Shown piece by piece: positions 1 through 9,055 of a DNA stretch of 43,526 nucleotides. This DNA is from an uncultured Candidatus Saccharibacteria bacterium. GTDB taxonomy: Bacteria > Patescibacteriota > Minisyncoccia > Phycocordibacterales > UBA9973. Within the stretch, counting starts at the first letter, position 1, and every line of letters starts with the position of its first letter. The position numbers and the translations under genes were made by a program. The notes beneath the pieces were generated by a model that saw only the letters and a list, made by a program, of their open reading frames with translations, was not told the origin of the DNA and made no database searches. Location of the stretch: contig CAYLKL010000007.1 in assembly GCA_964384645.1 (NCBI GenBank), forward strand, positions 1 through 43,526. The letters are read 5' to 3'.

Positions 1-1322
1 AATATTTATTGGAACGAGGCCTAACAAAAGAAACAATTAAAGAATTTAGATTAGGGTTTGCGATAAATTCTTGGGACGGAGTCTTAAAAGTTCTACGTGA
101 AAAAGGTTATAAAGACGAAGACATTATTGCTTCTGGTGTAGTGGCAAAAACAGAAAGAGGTTTGATCGATAGATTTCGGGCAAGGATAATTTTTCCGCTT
201 ATAGATATTTCAGGTTCTGTTGTTGGTTTTTCTTCAAGAATTTTTCCTGCTGATAGAGAAGGACCTAAATATGTTAATTCTCCAGAAACTTTAGTTTTTC
301 ATAAATCAAAGTTTTTGTATGGACTTAATTTTGCTCGTCAGGAAATCTTAAAAAAAGGGCAAGTTATTATTGTTGAAGGGCAAATGGATTTAATGATGGC
401 ACACCAAATAGGTGCAAAAAACACAGTTGCTGTATCTGGAACCGCTCTAACTGATAGCCACTTGTCTCTTTTAAAGAGATTTACAAATGAAGTTGTTTAT
501 TCTTTTGATTCAGATGAAGCAGGGAGAAAAGCCGCAATTCGAGCATTTAAGATATCTTTTGAAAATGAATTGCTGCCAAAATCTGTTATATTGGACGAAG
601 GATTAGATCCTGCTGATATGGCAAAAAACGACAAAGATAAACTACTAGAAGCATTTAAGAGTTCAGTTCCGGCTATAGAGTGGATAATAAAAACAAATAA
701 AACCAATCCAAAGTCTCAAAGTTTCTTGAGTGTTATAAAAGAAGAAGTGTTACCCGTTGTTGCAAAAATTCAATCTAATATCGATAAAGACTACGCAATA
801 AAAATGGTTTCAGAAATATTGGGAGTTAGAGAAGAAAGTGTTAGGGATGACCTAGCGAAAGTTAGAGATACTGAATTTCGACAAGTTTATGAGGAAGAGA
901 AAATAATTCCTTATGTAAGCCCTCCAACTATTCAAGAGATTATAATAGACAAGATAATTGGAATCATTTTACTTTTAGTTGAAAAAGATGCAGAATTTGT
1001 AAAAGTTATTAAAGATAAAATTAAAGAGGTGATAAATTTAGATATAGATGACCGCTTAAAAAATTTAGATGAAATTAAAAAAAATGATTTAATTTTTCAA
1101 GCAGAATTTTATGCCGAGAATGAAATAGAGCAGAAAAGATTGATAGAAGAATTGGTTGAGAATCTCGAATTAGATCATCTTACAAAATTATTTAGTGAAA
1201 AGACTATTACATTAAGACAAATTGAAAGGAGTGGAATTGAAACAGGTGAAATATTGAAAGAATTAACCGAGATAACAAACAGGATTAATAACATAAAAAT
1301 TAAAAATTTTAACAAGCAATAA
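1..1322 (+). CDS. dnaG: DNA primase DnaG, 5'-truncated by the window edge. The TOPRIM region and C-terminal helicase-interaction region are present.
   Basis: The frame is open from the window start. The translation has DnaG motifs (LGFA..., [28 protein letters not shown]). It sits immediately upstream of rpoD, as in the conserved dnaG-rpoD operon. Confidence 0.85.
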   Translation, partial: YLLERGLTKETIKEFRLGFAINSWDGVLKVLREKGYKDEDIIASGVVAKTERGLIDRFRARIIFPLIDISGSVVGFSSRIFPADREGPKYVNSPETLVFHKSKFLYGLNFARQEILKKGQVIIVEGQMDLMMAHQIGAKNTVAVSGTALTDSHLSLLKRFTNEVVYSFDSDEAGRKAAIRAFKISFENELLPKSVILDEGLDPADMAKNDKDKLLEAFKSSVPAIEWIIKTNKTNPKSQSFLSVIKEEVLPVVAKIQSNIDKDYAIKMVSEILGVREESVRDDLAKVRDTEFRQVYEEEKIIPYVSPPTIQEIIIDKIIGIILLLVEKDAEFVKVIKDKIKEVINLDIDDRLKNLDEIKKNDLIFQAEFYAENEIEQKRLIEELVENLELDHLTKLFSEKTITLRQIERSGIETGEILKELTEITNRINNIKIKNFNKQ

Positions 1323-1326
1323 ATTT

Positions 1327-2598
1327 ATGGCAAATAAAAATAAAAAAACTGTAAAGAAGGCAAAACCAAAAGTAAAAAAAGTGGTTAAAAAATTGGTTAA
1401 AAAAGTTTTGAAAAAGAAACCAGCAAAAAAGGCCGTAAAGAAGGTTGTAAAAAGGGCCGTAAAGAAACCTGCTGTTAAAAAAGAAAAAGGTATTAAAAAT
1501 TTAACACCCAACCAAAAGAAAGAACTTGAAATGCTAAAGAGGGCAAATTCTTTGGTTACAAAAGGGAAGAAAAGGGGTTTTATTACGTACGACGAAATTT
1601 TGAAAGAATTGCCGGATATTGAGTCTGATATTTTACTATTGGATGAACTGTACGAAAAATTAGCTTCTGCGGGAGTTGATGTTTTGGAAGGTGGAAATTT
1701 GCTTGATATAGACGCCAACACTAAGGCGTCAGATTTGGGTCTTTCAAGAGATTCGAGTAGTTATGATTCTGTCCAAATGTATCTTAAGGAAATCGGTCAA
1801 TTTTCTTTGATTACTGCCGCTATGGAAAAAGATTTAGCGCGAAGAATTGAAGCTGGAGATCCTGAAGCTAAAAATCTTCTTGTTCGAGCAAACCTTAGAT
1901 TGGTAGTTGCTAATGCTAAAAAATACGCACAAAGAAGTGCTGACCTTACCTTGCTTGATTTGATACAAGAGGGAAATTTGGGATTGTTTAAGGCGGTAGA
2001 AAAGTTTGACTGGAGAAAGGGTTATAAGTTTTCAACTTATGCTACTTGGTGGATCAGACAGTCTATTACCAGAGCACTTGCAGACCAATCAAGAACTATT
2101 CGTATACCTGTTCACATGGTCGAAACTATTTCAAAATATAAACAAGTTGTTAGAAGATTGTCTCAAGAGTTGGGGCGCGATCCGCTTGCTGAAGAAGTCG
2201 CAACTGAAATGGGGTTAGATATTGAAAAAATTAGAACTATCGAAAGTATAAACCAAGACACGATGTCACTAGAGGCACCAATTGGAGATGACTCAGGAGA
2301 CGACAAGTCAACTCGTGGAGAATTTATTCCAGATGATAAGATTTTAAGACCTGACCAAGAATCTTCACGAAGAATTCTTCAAGATCAAATCAAAGCAGTT
2401 CTTGATGAATTGAATCCAAAAGAGAGAAAGATTTTGGAAATGCGTTACGGATTAACCGACGGAATCCAGCATACCCTTGAAGAAGTGGGACAAGAATTTG
2501 GAGTTACAAGAGAGCGTATTCGACAAATTGAAGCCAAGGTTCACGACAAGTTACGAGCACATGAAAGAATCGCAAGATTGAAAAATTATTTTGATTAA
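1327..2598 (+). CDS. rpoD: Primary sigma factor RpoD (sigma-70) with an unusual Lys/Ala/Val-rich basic N-terminal extension of about 55 aa
   Basis: Regions 1.2 to 4 are conserved ([40 protein letters not shown]; region 4 [22 protein letters not shown]). The gene starts 5 bp after dnaG. Confidence 0.93.
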   Translation: MANKNKKTVKKAKPKVKKVVKKLVKKVLKKKPAKKAVKKVVKRAVKKPAVKKEKGIKNLTPNQKKELEMLKRANSLVTKGKKRGFITYDEILKELPDIESDILLLDELYEKLASAGVDVLEGGNLLDIDANTKASDLGLSRDSSSYDSVQMYLKEIGQFSLITAAMEKDLARRIEAGDPEAKNLLVRANLRLVVANAKKYAQRSADLTLLDLIQEGNLGLFKAVEKFDWRKGYKFSTYATWWIRQSITRALADQSRTIRIPVHMVETISKYKQVVRRLSQELGRDPLAEEVATEMGLDIEKIRTIESINQDTMSLEAPIGDDSGDDKSTRGEFIPDDKILRPDQESSRRILQDQIKAVLDELNPKERKILEMRYGLTDGIQHTLEEVGQEFGVTRERIRQIEAKVHDKLRAHERIARLKNYFD

Positions 2599-2602
2599 AT
2601 AT

Positions 2603-2632
2603 AAAAAGCGTCTGAATATCAGACGCTTTTTA
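2603..2632. terminator. Bidirectional intrinsic terminator between the convergent rpoD and dsbA-like genes
   Basis: Hairpin GCGTCTGA-ATA-TCAGACGC, flanked by an A-run upstream and a T-run downstream. Confidence 0.75.
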
Positions 2633-2667
2633 TATTTGTAAGATTCCAGTATAAATTAGTAATATCT

Positions 2668-3381
2668 TTATTTATTTTTTATTGCGTCTATCTTTTCTAT
2701 AACTTTTGCATAAGATAATGCTCCGTTAATTGTGTCTACAATAACTCCATCTTTTCTTATTACAGCAAACGGCGTGCCCATTTTGTCAGTTAAAGTCTTA
2801 ACTTCTTCAATATCAGCATCAACTTGAGCGCTAATATTTGGATCTAATAAACACTTAGAAAACAAATCTTTATTTAATTCAATACTTTCCGCTATTTCTG
2901 GAAGCATTGCTGGAGGTAGTCCGTCATTTGAAGTTGTAGAGTCAAAAATTGCATCTAAGTACCTCCAGAAAATTATATTTCCACCTTGTTCTTCTGCGCA
3001 TTCTGTTGCCACTGCTTCGTTGTAAGCGTACTTATGTAGACCGCTTAGTGGTAGGTGTTTATATACCCACGCAACTTCACCTTTGTAGTTATCTATAACT
3101 TGGTGCATTGTTTTGTGGAAGTTTTTACAAAACGGACACTCTGTATCTGAATACTCTGTTATTACAATTTGAGCTGTTGGCGAGCCTAGTCTGTGATCAT
3201 TTACAGATGTTTCTGTCGGCTTTACTTCCCATGCGTATGTATATTTTTCAGCAGTGTCTTTTGGAAGAATTTTATCGCTAGTAATACCTGTTGTTGGTAA
3301 TTTGAAAAAAATTGCTACTGCAATAATAATTCCAGCTAAGACTATTGCTTGTGGAATGTTTAATTTTTGGTTTTCTGTCAT
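2668..3381 (-). CDS. DsbA-like thiol:disulfide oxidoreductase (thioredoxin fold), membrane-anchored
   Basis: N-terminal TM helix and a CPFC active-site motif (ECPFCKNFH). Confidence 0.75.
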   Translation of the reverse strand: MTENQKLNIPQAIVLAGIIIAVAIFFKLPTTGITSDKILPKDTAEKYTYAWEVKPTETSVNDHRLGSPTAQIVITEYSDTECPFCKNFHKTMHQVIDNYKGEVAWVYKHLPLSGLHKYAYNEAVATECAEEQGGNIIFWRYLDAIFDSTTSNDGLPPAMLPEIAESIELNKDLFSKCLLDPNISAQVDADIEEVKTLTDKMGTPFAVIRKDGVIVDTINGALSYAKVIEKIDAIKNK

Positions 3382-3415
3382 ATTTAAAATTTTAACATAT
3401 ATTTAAAAACCACCT

Positions 3416-3700
3416 TTGTCTAATAAGTCTTTTTGTGATAGAATCACCGAGATGTCAAATAATAGTTTAAAAATAAGCCAAAAAATCCTTAAAGAAATAG
3501 CCTTTGCTTTTGTTCTGATTGGGGCCGTAAATTGGGGGCTTATTGGATTATCTGGTGTTATAAAACCTTTCAGAAATTTAAATTTAGTTAATCTTGTATT
3601 TGGAGACTATCCAATGGTTGAGTTTTTTGTATATATTCTTGTTGGAGTTTGTGGTCTATATCTACTTTTAAGTGAAGGGAGAGATTTCGGTAAAAAATAA
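3416..3700 (+). CDS. DUF378-family small membrane protein. The start is more likely the ATG at 3452.
   Basis: Hallmark VNWGLIGL motif and two TM helices. The first 12 codons of the track ORF are probably untranslated leader. Confidence 0.6.
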   Translation: MSNKSFCDRITEMSNNSLKISQKILKEIAFAFVLIGAVNWGLIGLSGVIKPFRNLNLVNLVFGDYPMVEFFVYILVGVCGLYLLLSEGRDFGKK

Positions 3701-4945
3701 ATGAAAAATTCGTTACAGATTTTTGTGTACGCGGTTACTTTTCTGTCTATGTATGTACAGATTTTTTTTCTTGTAACTTTTTTTGAGAAAAGAAAAAAAA
3801 TTGAATACAGAAAAGGTGTTTTAAAATTAGATGAGTATCCGACAGTGTCGGTGGCTGTTCCTTGTTGGAACGAAGAACATACTGTTGAAAAAACAATGTA
3901 CTCGCTTTTGGAATTGGATTATCCAAAAGATAAATTAACTATCATTGCGGTTGACGATGGAAGTTCAGACAACACTTGGCAAGTTTTGCAGAAGTTTAAG
4001 GACTACTCAAATGTAAAATTAATAAAAAAAGAAAATGGCGGTAAACATACTGCAGTAAACTATGCAATTGAAAATTCTAACGCAGAGTTTGTTTCTTGTT
4101 TAGATGCTGACTCTTATGTAGATCCACAAGCACTGAAAAGAATAATAACTTATTTTCAAAGGGACCCAAAAACTATGGCGGTTGCTCCTGCTATTTTAAT
4201 TGATAAACCAAAGACATCAATACAAATTATCCAAAAAATAGAATACGAATGGGCTGTTTTCTTGAAGAAAATGCTTGCTTTGGTTGGGGGTATTTACGTT
4301 ACCCCTGGGCCATTTTCAGTTTTTAGAAGAAGGGTTTTCACAGACTTGGGCCTTTTCAGAAAAGCTCACAATACCGAAGATATGGAAATTGCTTTTAGAA
4401 TGCAAAAAAATCACTATAAGATCGATCAGTGTAATGACGCTTTTGTGTATACAACAGGCCCAAAAAGCGTTATAGCGCTCTATAAACAGCGGTTAAGGTG
4501 GATTTATGGGTTTATAATGAATACCATAGATTATAGGGGAATCCTTCTTAAAAAGGAGTATGGAACCTTTTCTCTTTTGGCGGTTCCAGCTGGGTTCGTT
4601 TCTATTGTGGCAGTACCTCTACTATTGGGTTTATTTTTGTATAAAATAATAAACAAAATAATAATTTACGTGGCAAAGGTTAGAGCTGTTGGTTTTGATT
4701 TTTCTTTTGGTATGCCAAACTTCGATTCTTTCTTTATAAGTTCGAATGCATATTTATTTATTGGGTTAATTTTGTATCTTTTTGTCATGACGTCAATTGT
4801 TATCGGTAAAAGAATGGCCACAGGAAAGTATCGTTTTGATATAAGAATAATCTATTTTATGGTTACATTTAGTTTAATAGCCCCATTTTGGGTCTTAAGG
4901 GCGCTATTTAATGCAGTATTTGCAAAAAAGACCGCTTGGAGGTAA
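3701..4945 (+). CDS. Family 2 glycosyltransferase, processive membrane-integrated type (polysaccharide synthase-like)
   Basis: DDGSSD (DxD) motif, ..D..D.., the QRLRW (QxxRW) motif, and multiple C-terminal TM helices. Confidence 0.8.
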   Translation: MKNSLQIFVYAVTFLSMYVQIFFLVTFFEKRKKIEYRKGVLKLDEYPTVSVAVPCWNEEHTVEKTMYSLLELDYPKDKLTIIAVDDGSSDNTWQVLQKFKDYSNVKLIKKENGGKHTAVNYAIENSNAEFVSCLDADSYVDPQALKRIITYFQRDPKTMAVAPAILIDKPKTSIQIIQKIEYEWAVFLKKMLALVGGIYVTPGPFSVFRRRVFTDLGLFRKAHNTEDMEIAFRMQKNHYKIDQCNDAFVYTTGPKSVIALYKQRLRWIYGFIMNTIDYRGILLKKEYGTFSLLAVPAGFVSIVAVPLLLGLFLYKIINKIIIYVAKVRAVGFDFSFGMPNFDSFFISSNAYLFIGLILYLFVMTSIVIGKRMATGKYRFDIRIIYFMVTFSLIAPFWVLRALFNAVFAKKTAWR

Positions 4946-4955
4946 AGTTTACTTT

Positions 4956-5675
4956 ATGAATACAGAAGAAAAAAATGATTGGAAAAAATACCTTATAGTC
5001 TTTTTTATAACACTTTTTGTGTTTGTCACAGCTTTTTATGTTTCTGGAAATATGAACGAAAAAAAGCTTGAAGAGATTAGGAGTATAGAGGATACAATTT
5101 CTATCGATATTTTGTCACTAGAAACTCAATTTGACCTATTTGAAGAGCTTTCTTGTGAAAGTATAACTGACTCAATCTTGTCAAAAGAACTAAACGAACT
5201 TGCTACTAAAATTGAATATGGAGAAAAGAATTTTGATAGTTTGGGAGATGAATTATTTACGTTAAAAAAGTATTATTCACTTCTTCAGATTAAAGATTTT
5301 CTTTTGATGCAAAAAGCCTCTGAAAGATGTAATTTAAATATTGAGTCAATTATTTATTTCTATGGAAGGGAGGACTGTAAGGATTGCCAGAAGCAAGGTT
5401 ACGTTTTGACGGATATTAGACAAGACTATCCAGAACTTCGAGTTTATTCTCTAGATTACTTTTTAGATTTATCTGCTATTGAAGCATTGAAATCTATTTA
5501 TAAAGTTGATGAAAATTTGCCAGCCTTGATTATAAACGGAAAGACTTATAAAGGTTTTAAATCACGAGAAGAAATAGAGAAGATAATCCCAGAACTAATA
5601 AAGATAAAGGAAAAGAGGGAAGCCGAGGCTAAGTTGGAAGCAAAGAAGGCACAAGAGGAGGAAAACAAAGAATAA
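4956..5675 (+). CDS. Membrane-anchored hypothetical protein with a thioredoxin-like CxxC segment (CKDC) and a Lys/Glu-rich tail
   Basis: The ATG at 4956 is preceded by GGAGG at 4938-4942. It has an N-terminal TM, then YFYGREDCKDCQKQG...LPALIINGKTYKGF. The assignment is by motif only. Confidence 0.55.
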   Translation: MNTEEKNDWKKYLIVFFITLFVFVTAFYVSGNMNEKKLEEIRSIEDTISIDILSLETQFDLFEELSCESITDSILSKELNELATKIEYGEKNFDSLGDELFTLKKYYSLLQIKDFLLMQKASERCNLNIESIIYFYGREDCKDCQKQGYVLTDIRQDYPELRVYSLDYFLDLSAIEALKSIYKVDENLPALIINGKTYKGFKSREEIEKIIPELIKIKEKREAEAKLEAKKAQEEENKE

Positions 5676-5682
5676 GAACAAT

Positions 5683-5718
5683 AAAAAAAGCCCCGTTTGA
5701 AACGGGGCTTTTTTTATT
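5683..5718. terminator. Bidirectional intrinsic terminator, abutting the 3' end of the minus-strand tRNA
   Basis: A-run, hairpin GCCCCGTTT-GA-AACGGGGC, then T-run. Confidence 0.75.
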
Positions 5719-5794
5719 TGGAGCCGGAAGAGGGGTTCGAACCCACGACCTACGGTTTACAAAACCGTTGCTCTACCAACTGAGCTATTCCGGC
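5719..5794 (-). tRNA. tRNA-Thr (anticodon UGU), CCA encoded
   Basis: Read on the minus strand: GCCGGAA-TA-GCTC-AGTTGGTA-GAGC-A-ACGGT-TTTGTAA-ACCGT-AGGTC-GTGGG-TTCGAAC-CCCTC-TTCCGGC-T-CCA. Cloverleaf with anticodon loop UUUGUAA and one U-U mismatch in the T stem. Confidence 0.8.
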
Positions 5795-5937
5795 ATCTTT
5801 GGAATATGTGTTTCAAGATAACTTTTATCTCGTGTCTTTTGATATCTACCAAGACAGCATATTCCGGCGATAGGACAATATTAACCGAAAAAATTAATTT
5901 GTCCAATTTGTCTTTTGATTTAAAACTTTACAACTTT

Positions 5938-6315
5938 TTACTCGTCCTTTTGCTTTATTCTTTCACGCATCTTTTTCATTTTATGTTTGTAGTCAGAAAC
6001 TGTGGTTAAAAATGTCGAGACTGCGCCATTTCCATTTCCTTCAGGTCTAGATGCGAGTTTATCTTTTATGTATTTATTTGTTCTGTGTGTTAAGACTACC
6101 CAAGTTTTTAATATTGTTATGATTGATTTGTGAGTGTTTAGTCTGAATACTTCCCAAACATGACTCGTAATATCAGCCACTTTTTCTCGAGAAACAAGTG
6201 TCTTGTCGTTTATCTCTTCACCAACAAGTCCATGTTTTCTAACAAAAGCAACTTCTCTTTGTAATAACACAGAGAGACCAATAAGACCTATTAAAAATAT
6301 TATTATCCAAATCAT
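5938..6315 (-). CDS. Hypothetical small protein with an N-terminal TM helix, downstream of tsf
   Basis: It is the only ORF of that size between tsf and tRNA-Thr, on the same strand, with a hydrophobic N-terminus. No family was recognised. Confidence 0.5.
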   Translation of the reverse strand: MIWIIIFLIGLIGLSVLLQREVAFVRKHGLVGEEINDKTLVSREKVADITSHVWEVFRLNTHKSIITILKTWVVLTHRTNKYIKDKLASRPEGNGNGAVSTFLTTVSDYKHKMKKMRERIKQKDE

Positions 6316-6323
6316 TTTATTAA

Positions 6324-7097
6324 CTAAATTGAAACACTTTGAGTACTCTTTATTTTAGCATTTTTACTTTCCAAAAGTTTTCCAACGGTGATGTTTTGAT
6401 CCTTAATGAAAGATTGCTCTGTAAGAACTTTTTCTTTAAAGTATCCGGCTACTTTACCAATCAACATTTTTTCTTGGATATCAGCAGGCTTTGAAGAGTC
6501 CACTTCTTCTTTCATAAGGGCAGTTACTGCTTCTTTTGTTTCTGCAGGGATTTCATCAAGGGTTGTAAATTCAGGTCGCATGGCTGTTATGTGCATTGCG
6601 ATATCTTTGGAAAGATTCACATCTCCGCCGTCTAATATTGCAATTGTTCCTTTTTTACCGTCATGAATATAAACTCCGATATTTCCAGAACTTTTTTCCA
6701 AGATTTCAATTTTTCCAAGTTTAATGTTTTCTCCGATCTTTTGAACAACAAAATCAATTTCTTCTTTTGAAACTTCGTTTGCTTTTTCAGCTCCATCTTG
6801 TAGGGCAATTGTAGCTAATTTTTTACCAAGAGCTTGAAAGTCTGCATTTTTAGAAACGAAATCAGTTTCGCATTGTAAAGTTACAATAGTGATTTTTTCA
6901 GCAGTTTCTTCTACTGTTATAAAGCCATCTTTTACTTCTCGATCAGTTTTTTTGGCAGCAACTTCTGTTGATCGTTTCTTTAGTATCAATAAAGCTTTTT
7001 CTCTGTCTCCACCTGAAGCTTCTAACGCTTTCTTGCATTCCATTATTGAAATGCCTGTTTCTTCTCTTAATGACTTAACTTCTTCTGCACTTATCAT
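6324..7097 (-). CDS. tsf: Elongation factor Ts
   Basis: N-terminal UBA-like motif SAEEVKSLREETGISIMECKKALEASGGD. It lies immediately downstream of rpsB. Confidence 0.92.
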   Translation of the reverse strand: MISAEEVKSLREETGISIMECKKALEASGGDREKALLILKKRSTEVAAKKTDREVKDGFITVEETAEKITIVTLQCETDFVSKNADFQALGKKLATIALQDGAEKANEVSKEEIDFVVQKIGENIKLGKIEILEKSSGNIGVYIHDGKKGTIAILDGGDVNLSKDIAMHITAMRPEFTTLDEIPAETKEAVTALMKEEVDSSKPADIQEKMLIGKVAGYFKEKVLTEQSFIKDQNITVGKLLESKNAKIKSTQSVSI

Positions 7098-7141
7098 AAA
7101 TTTTATATTTTTTTTAAAAACCTGCCCGACTAGTTGGCGGT

Positions 7142-7825
7142 TTATTTATTAAACAACATTGATAATATTAAACTCACACTTGAAATTGATGAATCGTTCG
7201 CAAGGATAGGGTAGTCTATACCGAGTATGTTTGTGTCTGTATTTGTTATTGCAACAACTGGAATATTCATTTTCTTAGCTTCTTTCTTTGCAATATCTTC
7301 ATATTTTGCGTCTATTAGGAAAACTGCGTCTGGCATTTCTGTTATTCCAACAAGTCCACCAAATGTTTCGTTAAGCTTTTCAGCTTCTTTTTCCATCATA
7401 CCTCTTTCTTTTTTAGTGTACTTGTTTATATCTCCAGTTTCTTTACTCTTTCTGATTTCTTCAAGTCTGTTCAATCTCTTTCTGATTTCAGGCATGTTTG
7501 TAAGAGTTCCTCCAACCCATCGGTAAGCCATACTGAAATTTGTAGTTTGGTCAGCAAATTTTGAAGTGATATCTCTAACTTCTGGTTTTGATCCAACAAA
7601 AAGGATTTTCCCACCATTAGCCTTTATAGAATCCAAGAATGCTTTTGCCTTTTCGATATCAGCAATTGTTCCGTTGGCGTTTATAATATCTGTTCTATTT
7701 TTTGTAACTAAAATACGCCCTTTGATTGAAGGGTGTCGTCTTGTTCTGGTTAGTCCAAAGTGGGCTCCAGCATTTAGTAATTCTTGGATTCTAGGATCCA
7801 ACTGTTCTGTTTTTTCTGTACTCAT
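7142..7825 (-). CDS. rpsB: 30S ribosomal protein S2
   Basis: Conserved S2 signature LLNAGAHFGLTRTRRHPSIKG...MAYRWVGGTLTN. Confidence 0.93.
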   Translation of the reverse strand: MSTEKTEQLDPRIQELLNAGAHFGLTRTRRHPSIKGRILVTKNRTDIINANGTIADIEKAKAFLDSIKANGGKILFVGSKPEVRDITSKFADQTTNFSMAYRWVGGTLTNMPEIRKRLNRLEEIRKSKETGDINKYTKKERGMMEKEAEKLNETFGGLVGITEMPDAVFLIDAKYEDIAKKEAKKMNIPVVAITNTDTNILGIDYPILANDSSISSVSLILSMLFNK

Positions 7826-8092
7826 AAATTAACAGGAAAGTTCGACAATCTGGTGTCCGCAGTCGCGAGAGCTTCCTTATCTCATTTATTAATTTAAATA
7901 ATTGAACACTTTTGCCTTATTTGGGAAATAAAAATCCCCAAATGGGATAGGAATAGAATAGCATAAAGATGGGGAGGTGGCAAGACATATTTATTGACAA
8001 AAGAAGTGAATATTGTAGAGTTAATAAAAAATTAAACAGCCAACCTCTTGCTGTATAAGAAGGGGAATTCTTTAATAAAAACTATATTAGTC

Positions 8093-8701
8093 ATGACAAA
8101 AGTCGCAGACGAAAGACTGGGTGCGTTTATGCGTTTCCAGCACGATATTACCGAAAGGGTAATGAGAGGATCTTTGGATCCAGAAGAAGTTGAAAATGCA
8201 CTTCGTAGTTTAATTGGACAAAGATCAAAAAAAGGAATCCTTAAACTGATTTCTGGAGCTGAAACGTTGATGCTTGATGCACTCGACGGCAAAGAGACAT
8301 TGGCAACCGCTAAGGAAGTTTTCCTGTCAGGCATTGGTCACGACTTCGAAAACTGGCACACCAACAAAGCCGGCATCGCAACCATTGAACAGGCAGTGGA
8401 TGTTCACGAACTGATACAGAATGCCACCTTTGCACAGATGTTCTGTTCCCTAGGAACTGATCTGGACAAGCTGTGTTTAACACAAGCCCAGATAAAAAAA
8501 TTTTGTAAAAAGCATCCTCAGTGGCTGCACCAAAACGGATATATGACTTTCTTCCTGTTTAAGGTTGAGGACCAGTTCTTCGTTGCCCGCGTGGACGTGT
8601 TCGTTGGCGGCTTGCGCGTCCACATAAATCGGTTCAAGGACGGCCACGTTTGGTTTGCCGAGTTCTCCCATCGCTTGGTGGTTTCGCAACTGACCGCTTA
8701 G
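8093..8701 (+). CDS. Hypothetical protein encoded in a compositionally atypical, GC-elevated segment (the ORF track starts it at 8048)
   Basis: Long ORF within a 1.2 kb spacer. GC is markedly higher than in surrounding genes, especially 8560-8700. No recognisable family; possible horizontal acquisition. Confidence 0.45.
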   Translation: MTKVADERLGAFMRFQHDITERVMRGSLDPEEVENALRSLIGQRSKKGILKLISGAETLMLDALDGKETLATAKEVFLSGIGHDFENWHTNKAGIATIEQAVDVHELIQNATFAQMFCSLGTDLDKLCLTQAQIKKFCKKHPQWLHQNGYMTFFLFKVEDQFFVARVDVFVGGLRVHINRFKDGHVWFAEFSHRLVVSQLTA

Positions 8702-8767
8702 TATCTTGTGCTAAAGACCCTTATTTTCTTAATCCCTTTGATTCTTCGGAATTGAAGGGGTTTTTTA

Positions 8768-8803
8768 TTCTATGGAACTCTTCGCACGAATAGTTCCATA
8801 GAA
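8768..8803. repeat. Palindromic element P1 (TTCTATGGAACTCTTCG-CA-CGAATAGTTCCATAGAA), a member of a family with copies at 38285 and 38631
   Basis: Near-perfect 17 bp inverted repeat. It shares the core ATGGAAC..TTCGC.CGAAT.GTTCCAT with P2 and P3. Confidence 0.7.
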
Positions 8804-8816
8804 TCGTCGTTATTCA

Positions 8817-8945
8817 CATTGAGAAGTTTTGATTATACGAACACGCGAGGACGAGCGTTCCGAATGAAAAAACAATCTGTTTGAGCAAGGCGAGTTATTG
8901 TTTTTAGCGAGTCCGAGTGTTGTGAGTATTCAAAACTTCTCAGTG
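8817..8945. repeat. MITE-like unit: 16 bp terminal inverted repeats (CATTGAGAAGTTTTGA / TCAAAACTTCTCAGTG) flanking about 97 bp of GC-rich sequence
   Basis: 15 of 16 positions in the two arms are complementary. The interior carries three repeats of G/C-rich GCGAG-type motifs. Confidence 0.45.
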
Positions 8946-8989
8946 GTGAGAGCATTTTTGGTTACTTTTTGGTGGTTAAAAAGTAACAA
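8944..8989 (-). repeat. 46 bp hairpin-containing element (GTTACTTTTT-N7-AAAAAGTAAC core), copy X. Inverted copy at 21058-21103.
   Basis: The reverse complement matches 21058-21103 at 44 of 46 positions; both differences are A/G. Confidence 0.7.
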
Positions 8990-8993
8990 ATCA

Positions 8994-9027
8994 AACCACC
9001 TTTGGTGGTTTTTCAAGTCTTTTTTAT
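8994..9027 (+). terminator. Hairpin plus T-run (AACCACC-TTT-GGTGGTT then TTTTCAAGTCTTTTTT) immediately upstream of proS. It is either a terminator for the upstream unit or an attenuator.
   Basis: Sequence-only call; no T-box consensus was found. Confidence 0.45.
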
Positions 9028-9055
9028 TTACCAAATATAGAGTAGTATTGTCTCT

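Noticed and set aside
8700-9055. T-box riboswitch leader for proS
   Set aside because: A terminator-like hairpin precedes proS, but no T-box consensus (AATTAGGGTGGNACCGCG) or specifier-loop architecture is present. The same 46 bp element also precedes a gene that is not an aminoacyl-tRNA synthetase.
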